64,000 nucleotides of DNA from the human T2T-CHM13v2.0 reference genome, Homo sapiens: the NCBI RefSeq assembly GCF_009914755.1, contig NC_060929.1. One strand, 5' to 3'. The translations under genes and the position numbers were made by a program. Positions 32,664 through 47,975 of the stretch are shown one piece after another. Position 1 is the first letter of the stretch, and every line of letters starts with the position of its first letter. A model generated the notes under the pieces. The model saw nothing but the letters and a program-made list of their open reading frames with translations, ran no database searches and had not been told where the DNA came from.

Positions 32664-33800
32664 TGACTGGCTTCTTGCGTCACACGAGGGGCCTGTTTAT
32701 ATGTCCCTGAGTTTGTCCAGACTAATTCGCAATAAATAAAAACCCACTACCACCACAACCAAAAACAAAAACAAAAACCTTGAACTAGAGAACTGTTCAA
32801 GAACCAGTGAGGATGAGCCCTGCAGGAAATGGAACCAAAGACTCAAACACAGTCGGGCTCTATGTCTTCCTGTCTCTGCTTCTGTGTTGCGATGATTTGC
32901 TCCTCCCAAAGATGGGTTTTACCCAAACCCCAGAGAACACGGCCACAAGTAGATCCAGACTCACATTCTTAGAGAATCATTTTCCATGAGGAAAGCAAAA
33001 TTGCCTGCCCTGGAAAGTCCACTTAGAAAAATCCTTGTGAAGGCTCTGACTGGCCTGCTGGGTAGGACACTGAGCCCTGGGCCAGTCACTGTGACCGGGT
33101 GCACTATTGTGATCAGCCGCACCAGAACCGGAGGATCTCTCAAAAGAACAGGCAGGAATGGGGGTGGTTATCACAAGCAGACAGGCAAGGTAGCAGGGAT
33201 CCACTGTGCTCTGGCAGGTGGCAATGGAATTAGGGATGCCTTGGTGGCCCCTTTAATCTTGCAGCTAGCTACCTTTCATGTTTTCTTCCAATCCTAAGCT
33301 AGCTCAGGATCTGGACAGGGCGTTTGTATCTATGGAAGAAAGGACTTAACCTGAGAGTTCTACTTGACGTGGATCTTACCCCAGGATTGTTTGTCAGCAA
33401 AGTTAACGTGGTAGAGCAGAAAGAGTGCTGAGTTTGGAGGCAGACAGACTTGAGTTCAGGTCTTAATTCTTCATCACTTGCGGGGTGGTGTTGGATATGT
33501 TGTTTCACCTCTGTAAGTCTTCGATTTTTTTATTGGCTAAATAAAGATGATAACACTTATTTACAAGCTTGTTGTAAGGACTAAGTGAGATAATCACATA
33601 AACCATCAAATACACTGGCATATACTAGGTGCTTAATAAAGTGTACCTTCTACTAATTAATTCAACAAATATTTACTGAGTGTGCAATACATTGCAGGCA
33701 CAGTGGTAGGTGTTAGGGATAATGCATCAAGCAAGAGATACAATGTTCCCATTCTTTTGGAGCTTCTAGTAGTGGGGGTTGGTGGGGAAAAGATAAGTGA

Positions 33801-34193
<393 letters not shown>

Positions 34194-34344
34194 TGAAAAC
34201 CCTCCTGCAATGATGTTTGAACCTCCCTGTTCAGTCTCTCACCACTCATTTATCTATGTGTTGGGAACCGTTCTCAGAGTGCAACAATTGCTTCAAGCTT
34301 GACTTTGGAAAGGGACTGGACGATTAGCTCTTAAAGTGACATGA

Positions 34345-34711
<367 letters not shown>

Positions 34712-36820
34712 CCAAATTCCATTTTGTAAATCATTACCTGGTGGGTTTCAAAATCACCTCGGAAGACTTTAAAAGATACAGATTCTCAGGTTGCATTCCA
34801 AATATTCAAATGCCAGTGGTTCAGGGAATTTCTTTTTTTCCTCTTTCTTTTTTTTTTAAGTTTTGTGGTAATTTATATGGGCAATCAGACATAAGAAGCA
34901 CTGCTTGCCAGCCAGCCTATGAATTCCATTAGTCAGGTTGAGAATACAGGGCTGCATCTGTTACTCTGCTAGTCAATGTATACTTCTTTTTCTAGTTCCT
35001 AGGAGAAGACATGGATCATGGTTGGCCCCCAGGGAGCTTAGATTCTAGGGGGAGATATAAACAAAATTGCTATGGGAACACAAAGCAGGAACAATTAGCC
35101 TTTGAAAATTAGAGAATACTTTCTGGAAGGAAGAATTCTGAATGAGTTAGAATTTGGTTCAGTTGCATGTGACACAGAATACAAGATTATAGTGGATTAA
35201 ACTAGGTAGAAATATATTTTTCTCTCATATAAAAGTCCCGAGGAAAGTAATCCAGTGCTGGTGTGATGCTCCCATCTTGTTTTTTGACCCTCCTAGGCAT
35301 GAGTCCTCTGTGGTCCAAAAAAGTTGCTCACATTCCAACCATCACTTCCATATTCCTGACAGTAGGAAGGACAAAAGGGCAGAGAAGGGCATAATCTCTC
35401 CCTTTAAAAATATTTTCTGGAAGGTGCACATGAAACTTCCTTTGTAATGTTATAGTCCAGAACTTAGGTACTTGGTCACACCTTGCTTCAGGAGATGAAA
35501 CAAAGTCTTTATTCAGAATGGCTATGTACATAACTAAAAACTCAGGTTCTATTATTAAAAAAGAAAAGGAAAGCAGCCATTGGGAAACAACTGGTAGACC
35601 TCTACACTGAGATATGAAGAATGAGTAGCAATTAGGCAGGGGAAGTCACATAGTAAAGACTGTCCAAGGAGAACTAATGCGTATCATGTCCCCCTTGGCA
35701 GGAGGGACACCAAGAAGCACCCTTCTTTCCACATCTTCGTTCTCATCCTTCATGTTTTGATCTAAAGCCCTCCTGGATAGTGAAACCCCATCTATACTAA
35801 AAATATAAAAATTAGCTAAACATAGTGTTGGGGACCTGTAATCCCAGCTACTTGGGAGGTTGAGGCAGAATAATTACTTGAACCTGGGAGGCAGAGGTTG
35901 CAGAGAGCTGAGATCACTCAACTGCACTCCAGCCTGGGCAACAGAGGGAGACTCTGTCTCAAAAATAAATAAATAAATGAAAAATAACGTCCTCCTGGGA
36001 TGAGTCTGCCGGCCCTAGCTATTCAGTGCTTGGATTTACAGTGACCTCAGCACAATACTGGCCTCAAAGCCCTTCATGTCACTGGAATGATGGCTGCTTC
36101 GAGAAAACCCCGCCTTTTCATCTGTCAGTAAGAGAACTCACTCTAAGATCTCATCATTGACATTTATCAGGACAAATTTCTGAAATCTCTTTAGAAGAAA
36201 TGACAATCCCAACTCTTTGATATGATTAGTTATGGCATATCTGCCTGAAGCAATATTATACAAACATGGAAGGTGATCATTTATGAAAGCACGGAGTATG
36301 AGAAACAGCTCATGACAAAATATTGAGAAAATGCAAGACTGTGCATGTGTTGTGATTATAATCATGTGAAAAATGTGTGTGTATGTAAACAAATATTAGA
36401 AAGAGCATCATAAAATACAAATGATTACTGGATGGTTAAAAGCTTTTTCCTCCTTGGAAAATTCCCTTTAGTGTTGTTATGTTGTTTTCATAAATAAAAT
36501 TTGAAAATAAGTCTTGCAAGCATTACGTGTTGTCAAAAAAAATTTTATGGTGTCAATGGTAAATATACATAAGAATCACCTGAAAAGCTTACTAAAAATG
36601 CATATTCACAGGCTCCAGCCCAAGAAATTCTGATTCTATAGGTCTGAGGAATGGCTGCATTTTTAACAAGCATCCAGAGTCATTTTGTTAGAAGTGGTGC
36701 GTTGACCACATTTGAAAAACACTGCCATAGATGGTGTCTCAGAGTCACCTAAAAATAGAGTTGGGACATTATCTGTGCCAAAACAGCCTAGCTTTGTGTT
36801 GCACCAAAAACTCTAGGCCA

Positions 36821-37120
36821 GGCCGGGAGCAGTGGCTCATGCCTATAATCTAAGCACTTTGGGAGGCCAAGGTGGGTGGATCACCTGAGGTCAGGAGTTT
36901 GATACCGGCCTGGTCAACATGGTGAAACCCCATCTCTACTAAAAATACAAAAATTAGCTGGGCATGGTGGCGGGAGCCTATAATCCCAGCTACTCGGGAG
37001 ACTGAGGCAGGAGAATTACTTGAACCCACGTGTGGGGGGACGGAGGTTGCAGTGAGCTGAGATTGCGCCACTTCACTCTAGCCTGGGCAAAAGAATGAAA
37101 CTGCGTCTCAAAAAAAAAAA
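36821..37120 (+). mobile_element. AluS
   Basis: TSD AAAAACTCTAGGCCA. Confidence 0.93.
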
Positions 37121-37516
37121 AAAAAACTCTAGGCCAATATTGGTCTATCATTGTTGGGGAAACAGTAAGAAAATTTAAAACAAACACTCCATCTTAAGAA
37201 AAATGCACTCTCCCTGGTTTGTAAAGTGAAATATCACTAAAAGGTACAGTTTTGATGATTTTTCTTTGAGTCTTCCAAGTAAACTTAAAGCTGTCTGATA
37301 AAAGCAACCCAATTTTGAACAGTTACATTTCTCCATTTCCCTTAGAGTCCCACACTTCCTTGTATCTTATTTCATGCTTTCCTAACAGGTGCCACACAAG
37401 TTCAGCTGTAATCTGCCTTCAAGTGTAAGGCATGGTAATTTCAAGCCCTACAGCTGGATAACATACTCTGCATAAGCCAGCCTTCTGAATAATTCAATAT
37501 TCATTTTCTTTATTAG

Positions 37517-38138
37517 TGATGTAGGATTTTTCTTCTTGGTCACTTTGTAGGCTGGGGACCCCTGGCTGGTGACGCCCCGCTCAGACCTCGCTCAGCCACG
37601 CTGGCCTGCCCCAGCTCACCTGTGTGATAGTTTGTACCCGCATCGGGCGGTTCTTGAGCTCTTGTACCACACCCAAGAAGAATGAAGATAGGCAAGACAT
37701 TGAAGGGTGAGGAGGGCAGATAATTTTATTGAGTGATGACACAGCTTTTAGCAGAGAGGGGACATGGGGGTGGTCCCCCTACCCGAAGACAGGAAAGTTC
37801 TTCGTGTGGCTGGTTCTGCCTTTTATGGACTCAGAGTAAGGATTATGTGCTGATTGGTTTGTGAGTATGCAAAAAAGGTTAAACAAAGACACCACTCAAA
37901 GGTGGGCATGATAGTGAAGAAAACCAATTAGGAAAGGGTAGATATATATAAAATAGGTGAAGGGTAAGCACCAATCAGAGGAAAGCAAACCAAACGGGAA
38001 GACAAGTTCTCAATCCAGTCCGAAGATTTAACTTGTAGCTTGGCTTTCAGGCTTTAAACTGTCTCCAGCTTGGAGTGGGGTTTTACCACAGGCCCACCCC
38101 TATCTGCCTAGGCATTTGGCAGCTGCCTGCCACTCTCA
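37517..38138 (-). mobile_element. Solo ERV1 LTR (LTR27/MER52-group-like), 622 bp
   Basis: TG...CA termini. 4-bp TSD TTAG at 37513-37516 and 38139-38142. Reverse strand begins TGAGAGTGGCAGGCAGCTGCCAAATGCCTAGGCAGATAGG. Confidence 0.85.
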
Positions 38139-38265
38139 TTAGGGTGACCAACTCATCACAGTTTGTCCAGGAGTTTCCTGATGTTAGCACTGAAAGTCTT
38201 ATGTTTGGGAACCCCCTGCTCCTCAGTCCTGTGCAAACCAAGACCGGGACAGTTGGTCACCCTAA
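38139..38265. mobile_element. MER81-like hAT-Blackjack MITE
   Basis: Perfect 15-bp inverted ends TTAGGGTGACCAACT / AGTTGGTCACCCTAA. Confidence 0.8.
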
Positions 38266-38396
38266 CCTTCCATACAGCTTAAAAGAAAAGACATTCTCCA
38301 GGAGGAGGAGTCAGCCTCCACAGTGTCCCCAGGGAGCACAGGCAAAAACTTAGCTTTCTAAAGAAAAAACAAAAATACAGGTAAGGTGCTGTTCTA

Positions 38397-38723
<327 letters not shown>

Positions 38724-38757
38724 TGCTGTTCATTATTTTAAGAAATAGGACATTTCG

Positions 38758-39504
<747 letters not shown>

Positions 39505-40100
39505 CTATTTCTCCTCTCTTCTTACAAATGTTCATCACTTTGAGAAAATTTTACTAAGATTTGTGCATGTTAAACTCATCATCACAAAGGAGAGATTTGT
39601 AAAGCTGGATCGGGTGGTCTGAAAGCAGAATTCAGAGATAAAGGGTAAAACTGTAAAGAGGATGTGAAATTTTTCATCAAGTAGAATTTGATAAAAGGCA
39701 ACTCCTACACTTGTTTTTAGATAAGTAGTTTTATTGTGATGCCTTTGAAAATTCTCTTAAATCCTAAAAAGTTATTAAGATGACCTAGAAAGCTAAAAAA
39801 AATGATGTGTCCCAGCAGAATCTGTTCCAACATGTAGGACAAAAAATTTTCAGAATTACTCTGCCCACATCAAAATTTTACTACTTTAAAATATTGCAAG
39901 CAGTTCATAGAATCTCCAGAAATTCATTTCAAAATCAGTTCCAAACTACAATTTTCAAAAGCAGTTCATATTTTTGGCTCAGGAGTAATCCTACCAACAG
40001 CTGGTTGACACAGTGAAAAACATACTTGTGTATCTATTTAGCACATTTGCCTACTTGAATTCTTGGGTGCAAATCAACTTTCCTTAAAAAGCCAGTTTAA

Positions 40101-42633
40101 ATAGAAAAAGAGGGACTCCTCCCTAACTCATTTTATGAGGCCAGCATCATCCTGATAACAAAACCTGGCAGAGACACAACAAAAAAAGAAAATTTTAGGC
40201 CAATACCCCTGATGAACATCAATGCAAAAATCTTCAATAAAATACTGGCAAAACGAATCCAGCAGCACATCAAAAAGCCTATCCACCACAATCAAGTCGG
40301 CTTCATCCATGGGATGCAAGGCAGGTTCAACATATGCAAATCAATAAACACAATCCATCACATAAACAGAACCAATAACAAAAACCACCTGATTATCTCA
40401 ATAGATGCAGGAAAGGCCTTCAACAAAATTCGACACTCCTTCATGCTAAAAACTCTCAATAAACTAGGTATTGATGGAATGTACCTCAATATAATAAGAG
40501 GTTTTTATGGCAAACCCACAGCCAATATCATACTGAATGGGCAAAAGCTGGAAGCATTCCCTTTGAAAACTGGCACAAGACAAGGATGCCCTCTCTCACC
40601 ACTCCTATTCAACATAGTATTGGAAGTTCTGGCCAGGGTAATCAGGCAAGAGGAAGAAATAAAGGGTATTCAAATAGGAAGACAGGAAGTCAAATTGTCT
40701 CTCTTTGCGGATGACATGATTGTATGTTTAGAAAACCCCATCGTCTCAGCCCAAAAGCTCCTTAAGTTGTTAAGCAACTTCAGCAAAGTCTCAGGATACA
40801 AAATCAATGTGCAAAAATCACAAGCATTCCTATACGCCAATAATAGAGAAACAGAGAGCCAAATCATGAGTGAACTCCCATTCACAATTGCTTCAAAGAG
40901 AATAAAATACCTAGGAATACAACTTATAAGGGATGTGAAGGACCTCTTCAAGGAGAACTACAAACCACTGCTCAATGAAATAAAAGAGGACACAAACAAA
41001 TGAAAAAACATTCCATGCTCATGGATAGGAAGAATCAATATTGTGAAAATGGCCATACTGCTCAAAGTAATTTATAGATTCAATGCTATCCCCATCAAGC
41101 TACCATTGAGTTTCTTCACAGAATTAGAAAAAAATACTTTAAATTTCATATGGAACCAAAGAAGAGCCCATATGGCCAAGACAATCCTAAGCAAAAAGAA
41201 CAAAGCTGGAGGTATCACGCTACCTGACTTTAAACTATACTACAAGGCTACAGTAACCAAAACAGCATGGTACAGGTACCAAACCAGAGATATAGACCAA
41301 TGGAACAGAACAGAGCCCTCAGAAATAATGCCACACATCTACAACCATCTGATCTCTGACAAAGCTGACAAAAACAAGCAATGGGGAAAAGATTCCCTAT
41401 TTAATAAATGGTGTTGGGAAAACTGGCTACCCATAGGCAGAAAACTGAAACTGGACTCCCTCCTTACACCTTATCCAAAAATTAACTCAAGATGGATTAA
41501 ACACTTAAACATAAGACCTAAAACCATAAAAACCCTAGAAGAAAACCTAGGCAATACCATTCAGGACATAGGCATGGGCAAAGACTTCATGACTAAAACA
41601 CCAAAAGCAATGGCAACAAGAGCCAAAATTGACAAATGGGATCTGATTGAACTAAAGAGCTTCTGCACAGCAAAAGAAACTATCATCAGAGTGAACAGGA
41701 AACCTACAGAATGGGAGAAAATTTTTGCAATCTATCCATCTAACAAACAGCTAATATCCAGAATCTATAAGGAACTTAAACAAATTTACAAGAAAAAAAA
41801 AAAACCATCCAAAAGTGGGCAAAGGATATGAACAGACACTTCTCAAAAGAAGACATGCATGCAGCCAACAAACATATCAAAAAAATCTCATCATCACTGG
41901 TCATTAGAGAAATGCAAATCAAAAATACAGTGAGATACCATCTCATGCCAGTTAGAATGGCAATCATTAAAAAGTCAGAAAACAGATGCTGGAGAGGATG
42001 TGGAAAAATAGGAATGCTTTTACACTGTTGGTGGGAGTGTAAATTAGTTCAACCATTGTAGAAGACAGTGTGGTGATTCCTCAGGGATCTAGAGCCAGGA
42101 ATACCATTTGACCCAGCAATCCCATTGCTGGGTATATACCCAAAGGATTATAAATCATTCTACTATAAAGACACATGCACACGTATGTTTATTGTGGCAC
42201 TATTCACAATAGCAGAGACTTGGAACCAACCCAAATGCCCATCAGTGATTGACTGGATAAAGAAAATGTGGCACATATACACCATGGAATACTACGCAGT
42301 TATAAAAAAGGATGAGTTCACATTCTTTGCAAGGACATGGATGAAGCTGAAAACCATCATTCTCAGCAAACTAACAAAGGAACAGAAAACCAAACATCGC
42401 ATGTTCTCACTCATAAGTGGGAGTTGAACAATGAGGACACACGGACACAGGGAAGGGAACATTACACACCAGGGCTTGTCGGGGGGTGGGGGTCTAGGGG
42501 AAGGATAGCATTAGGAGAAATACCTAATGTAGATGATAGGTTGATGGGTGCAGCAAACCACCATGGCACGTGTATACCTATGTAACAAACCTGCACGTTC
42601 TGCACATGTATCCAGAACTTAAAGTATAATTTT
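40101..42633 (+). mobile_element. 5'-truncated primate L1 (L1PA7/8-like): ORF2 RT and C-terminal part plus 3' UTR, inactive
   Basis: ORFs 40212-41003 (RT motifs QGCPLSP, FADD) and 41043-41831. Premature stop at 41001-41003. TSD AAAAGCCAGTTTAA at 40087-40100 and 42634-42647. Confidence 0.95.
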
Positions 42634-44711
42634 AAAAGCCAGTTTAATAGCCAGTAAATTAACAACAATTATAAGTTTCAGTTTTTCAATCTTTTAAGAC
42701 CATTAAGATACAATGAAGAAAAGTTTATTCAGCCAGTGCTTTCACTAAGGAATTTGAACTGCCCAATGCAGAAAACCATGTGAGAAGTCAACAATTTTTA
42801 AACCAAAGCCACCAGCTATTATTTTTTTCTGAAGGGTGCTCTGTGAGATGTTAGTAGGTAATATGTTAACACAAAAAGTTGGGGGGAGTTCACGCTAGAT
42901 AAGATTGGGAAACGCTGAAATAGAGTTTAACATGTTTCTTTACTGTAAGACTTTTGAGACATAACAATGATAATGGACACTGACACTCTTCAAGATGGGG
43001 TGTGACATGTTTTTTCCAAACTTATTTGACCAAATTTTGTCAGAATCTCTAAATTCTCACTGATGAATGTAGAGAAATACTGCTCTTGTCCTCCTAAATT
43101 TGGTAACTCGGCTCCTTGAAAGTTCAGACTAACTCTATTTTCAGTCACTTTGCAGTGAAACTAGTTTTTATTTGCAAATAGCCAGAGCAGCTTTGCCCAA
43201 AGCATAGAACAGTTTGAGTGACGTTCTATACATATTGAGATTTCAACATATTTTGAGACTATTCTTATAACAAATGTCATTACCTAACAAAAAAGGCAAT
43301 GAGACCTACTAGAAAGTACTTGTGGCTTTGAACTTAGAGAATTTCACTTTGATGACTTAGAAAGGCAGATGAATTACTGCCAGTGGGGCAGGGCTTTGTT
43401 TGGACTGTAGATCTCTAGTTGGTGGTTTGAAAAGCTGTAAATGATCAGATATGGCCGTTTGTAGTTGGGAATGCTTATCTGCAATTGGGTACTTTCTAAA
43501 TGAAATACTCATATTTCCCAGCCCAAATTGTACTGTGGATCTATAAACAATCCAAACTCCTGGCTTCTGATCCCAGCACTGAGAAAAAGGAGGAAGAGTA
43601 AAAGAATTGACCAGGGTTAGCCATTAAAAGAAAAGTTTAAAGAAAGAATCGGAGAGGGGCAGGGCTACCCTACAGACAGGCAGTTAGGATATACCGACCT
43701 GTGCTCTATCTTATTCACTGCTTTACACAGTGATTTCAACAACCAATTTGTCTACAAGAATAAGGTCTGTGGTAAAAATCCAGTTAGTCACAAAGTTGCT
43801 ATTAAATGAGATGAGGTAAAATGGGTCAAATTGTTGCATACATTTCTCTTTAATGGTATAGATATCAAATGTGTAGACAATCAAATGTTACTTTAGTTCA
43901 GATGTGAGGTGACATATGTTTGCTTTCTATCACGAAGAAATTAAAGTTTTACTCTTTAAACACATCAAAATGGCACTGGGCATAGTAATAAAGAATATAA
44001 AACCATGAAAACAAAATTTGTATTGGGAAAGAAAGTGTCATGTACAATAAATGTAAGTCTGATGAAATGTATTACATTAACAAATTTTGTTTAAGAAACA
44101 AATACAGGTTTAGTAAAGGAAGAATGTGGAAGCTTAGAAGAGATTTCCATACACAATTTCCACACAGTTTTAAGTAACAAGATCTCAATTTGCATAAATT
44201 ATATAGATCACTGAGGGAAAAGCGTATTGGTTGGTGACTATTTCCCATCATCAATTCACTTTGTACCTTAGAGATCTTTTACCATGATCTCAACTTTCAT
44301 AGTCCTGATACTGTTCTAAAAAGGCCTTCTCAATCCCTAACTGGGTACTTACCAGGAGGTTATGTCACAGGTAGGGTTTTTTTGTTCATCGTGAATTAAA
44401 TAAATTCCTTATGCTCTTAAATAAACTTCATGGTTTTCAAGACAGCTGCTTGAGCCAAATCTGGAAGAGCTCTTCCATTCTGGGATGTGCTTAAGTCATG
44501 TGTACGTATGTGTAAAGAGTTTGGAAATGGCATCAGAATGTGTGGGCAACTTTGTTGATACATGTTTAAGTCTCGTGTGAGCTAATAGAATCTATGCAAT
44601 TCTGGAGACTATAGGTAAAAATGAATTATCTGTATATGGTATAGAAAACAATCTTCTATGAAAAATACTCTGTTTGCTTACTTCTATCCCGCAAACAGAA
44701 AACATCCAACA

Positions 44712-45374
44712 AGAACAATTTTATCTATGTTTATTTAATTACAACAAAGAACGATGTATGCCAAATGGAAAAAAAATATTTTAAAATGATAAAAATATTT
44801 AGAAACAGAAATGACTAAATTTAGCTGAAGAATCACCCAGGTGCCATTAAAACACATTTGGAACTTATAATTGGTTATTAGTGTAAGTTAAATTTAGCAA
44901 CCAAGTCCAAGTTCACTAGGAGTTGTCAAAATACTTTCAAAATGTTACATCAAAAATTGACAACATCCATAAGTATTACATAAAAAGCAAACAAAAAATC
45001 ATTTAAAAAATGTATCCTGAGATAAAATAAAAATCACACTATGCTAGATTTATTTCCCCTTTCCCCTCACATACAACTGTGAGGCTTCAGTATTTTGCAT
45101 GTTCCAGGATAAAGTAATAATAATACATGTTGATGCAAATTTCAGCCATTAAAATTAAACTACTTAATAACTTAAATATTCCTACAATGAAACATCCAGA
45201 CTCTAGTTTCACTAATCAAAATTTTATGAAGACATAAATTGCATTTGGTTTTAACTCCTCAAATCACGACTGAAAACTTTCAACAAAGAATTCTAGGCTT
45301 TTTTTTTTCTCATACCAACTGACCCAGAATATATTTTAAGAAATGTTTATTTTCTGTGCATATTTGTTTTAAAA
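44712..45374 (-). other. SOX30: SOX30 3' UTR (AU-rich, ~660 nt; 3' end approximate)
   Basis: Repeat-free AT-rich stretch between the stop codon and the distal AATAAA, followed by a GU/U-rich downstream element. Confidence 0.75.
44730..44739 (-). terminator. SOX30: Poly(A) signal (overlapping ATTAAA/AATAAA)
   Basis: Minus strand reads ATTAAATAAA, followed by TTGTTCTTGTTGGATGTTTTCTGTTTG (GU-rich). Confidence 0.75.
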
Positions 45375-45756
45375 TTATAAATCCCTGAGCACTTTTTCTT
45401 CTTCCTCCTCATCACTGTCGGTGACATTGACTTGCTGGATGCTAGAAGGAGTTGATGTCGGGGCTGTGAAGACATTCTCCAAGGTTCCAATGTCCAGCTG
45501 AGGCACAGGGTTTAAGTTTTCTTCCCCACTGTGGCTATGACTGTTATAGTAAGAAGTTCCATTCATGTTCTCACAACTCCGAGAATTTTCACTGTGTGTG
45601 CATTCACTTGAGTAGTCTCTAAAAGAATAGTCTCTATTTAAAGTTGAAAAGATACCCTCATGTTTTGGGTACCTGTCTTCATAATAACTAAGGCATTCTG
45701 GCATTGAACTCGGAAAATTTCCATAGCCAAAGGGAGGCCGACTGTAAGGGCATGTA
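45375..45756 (-). CDS. SOX30: SOX30 terminal coding exon (C-terminal ~127 aa, acidic tail)
   Basis: Acceptor tttttctgctgcAG|T (AG at 45758-45757). Translation STCPYSRPPFGYGNFPSS...VTDSDEEEEEKVLRDL* recognised as the SOX30 C-terminus. Phase-2 junction with the upstream exon gives AG|T = Ser. Confidence 0.93.
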
Positions 45757-46116
45757 CTGCAGCAGAAAAACACAAACAAGGAATTAGATCTTGCCCACAT
45801 ATTGCCTTGCATACAGACTAACAGAGCAAGTTAATGCCTCCTCTTTGGGGTTTGGAAAGTTCCTTTCTGCAAACACTTCATGTATTCCTCTGCTCTTTTC
45901 CCACTGCCCAGTCCCCACCCACAAGGAACAGGAAAGGGAGCTTGTGACTGGAATACTCACCAGCACTATTATCTATCGTTAGCCTCAGGCTTCTTACCTT
46001 TGACAACCATGATAACAAAATTGCTTATTCTGGTCTTTCTCTCATGATGCCTCATACCATATAAGGTTTTGGAAATGCAGATGTGTGTTGAGCTATGCTA
46101 AGAATTGACACTCAGT

Positions 46117-46493
<377 letters not shown>

Positions 46494-46650
46494 TCATGTT
46501 GGGGGGGAAATGTATAACTAGATTGAAATCAAGAGATCCAGAATATTGAGGCACTGGAACAGAAGACAAGTTAAATTTTTTCATTGACATTCAATAATAA
46601 AGTAAATTTAAAACACTGTTACTACTAGAAAGATTTGAAACTGATAGTAA

Positions 46651-47208
<558 letters not shown>

Positions 47209-47398
47209 TTATACCTCAAAAATTCTGCTACTCAAACCCATTTGTCAATTGTTTTTAAGTATTATTCTCTCTTTCAAAGGCATAGAGCAGGAATTATAGG
47301 AAGAGGTAGAGTCCAACCATCTAGTGACAGATAACATAAACATAATGACCATACTCATCGGCAAAACCCATGGCAAGTTAAGTGTTTCATTTCTGGCC

Positions 47399-47400
<2 letters not shown>

Positions 47401-47442
<42 letters not shown>
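47401..47442 (+). repeat. (CA)21 microsatellite
   Basis: Perfect CA run. Confidence 0.98.
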
Positions 47443-47446
<4 letters not shown>

Positions 47447-47650
47447 CAACTTTGTTACCTTACTTTTAAAAACCTAAGTATGACAGACATACTAGACTAT
47501 TATCTCAAACTCTGAAACTATGCCCTACCCCCAAATCTTCAAGTGCTAGGTACCTTGCTCATGTTAATTATAACAAATGAGGTAAAGTTTCTAAAATTTT
47601 TCAGGTTTCCATGCCTACTGCCACTCTTAGTTCGGGCATTTTAAATTTAA

Positions 47651-47975
<325 letters not shown>

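Noticed and set aside
40212-41831. Reverse transcriptase ORFs as a novel or active system
   Set aside because: Ordinary L1 ORF2 remnant: 5'-truncated, with a premature stop and frameshifts, and no ORF1 or endonuclease domain.
45757-45812. N-terminal part of the 145-aa ORF (MQGNMWARS...)
   Set aside because: Intronic polypyrimidine tract upstream of the splice acceptor.
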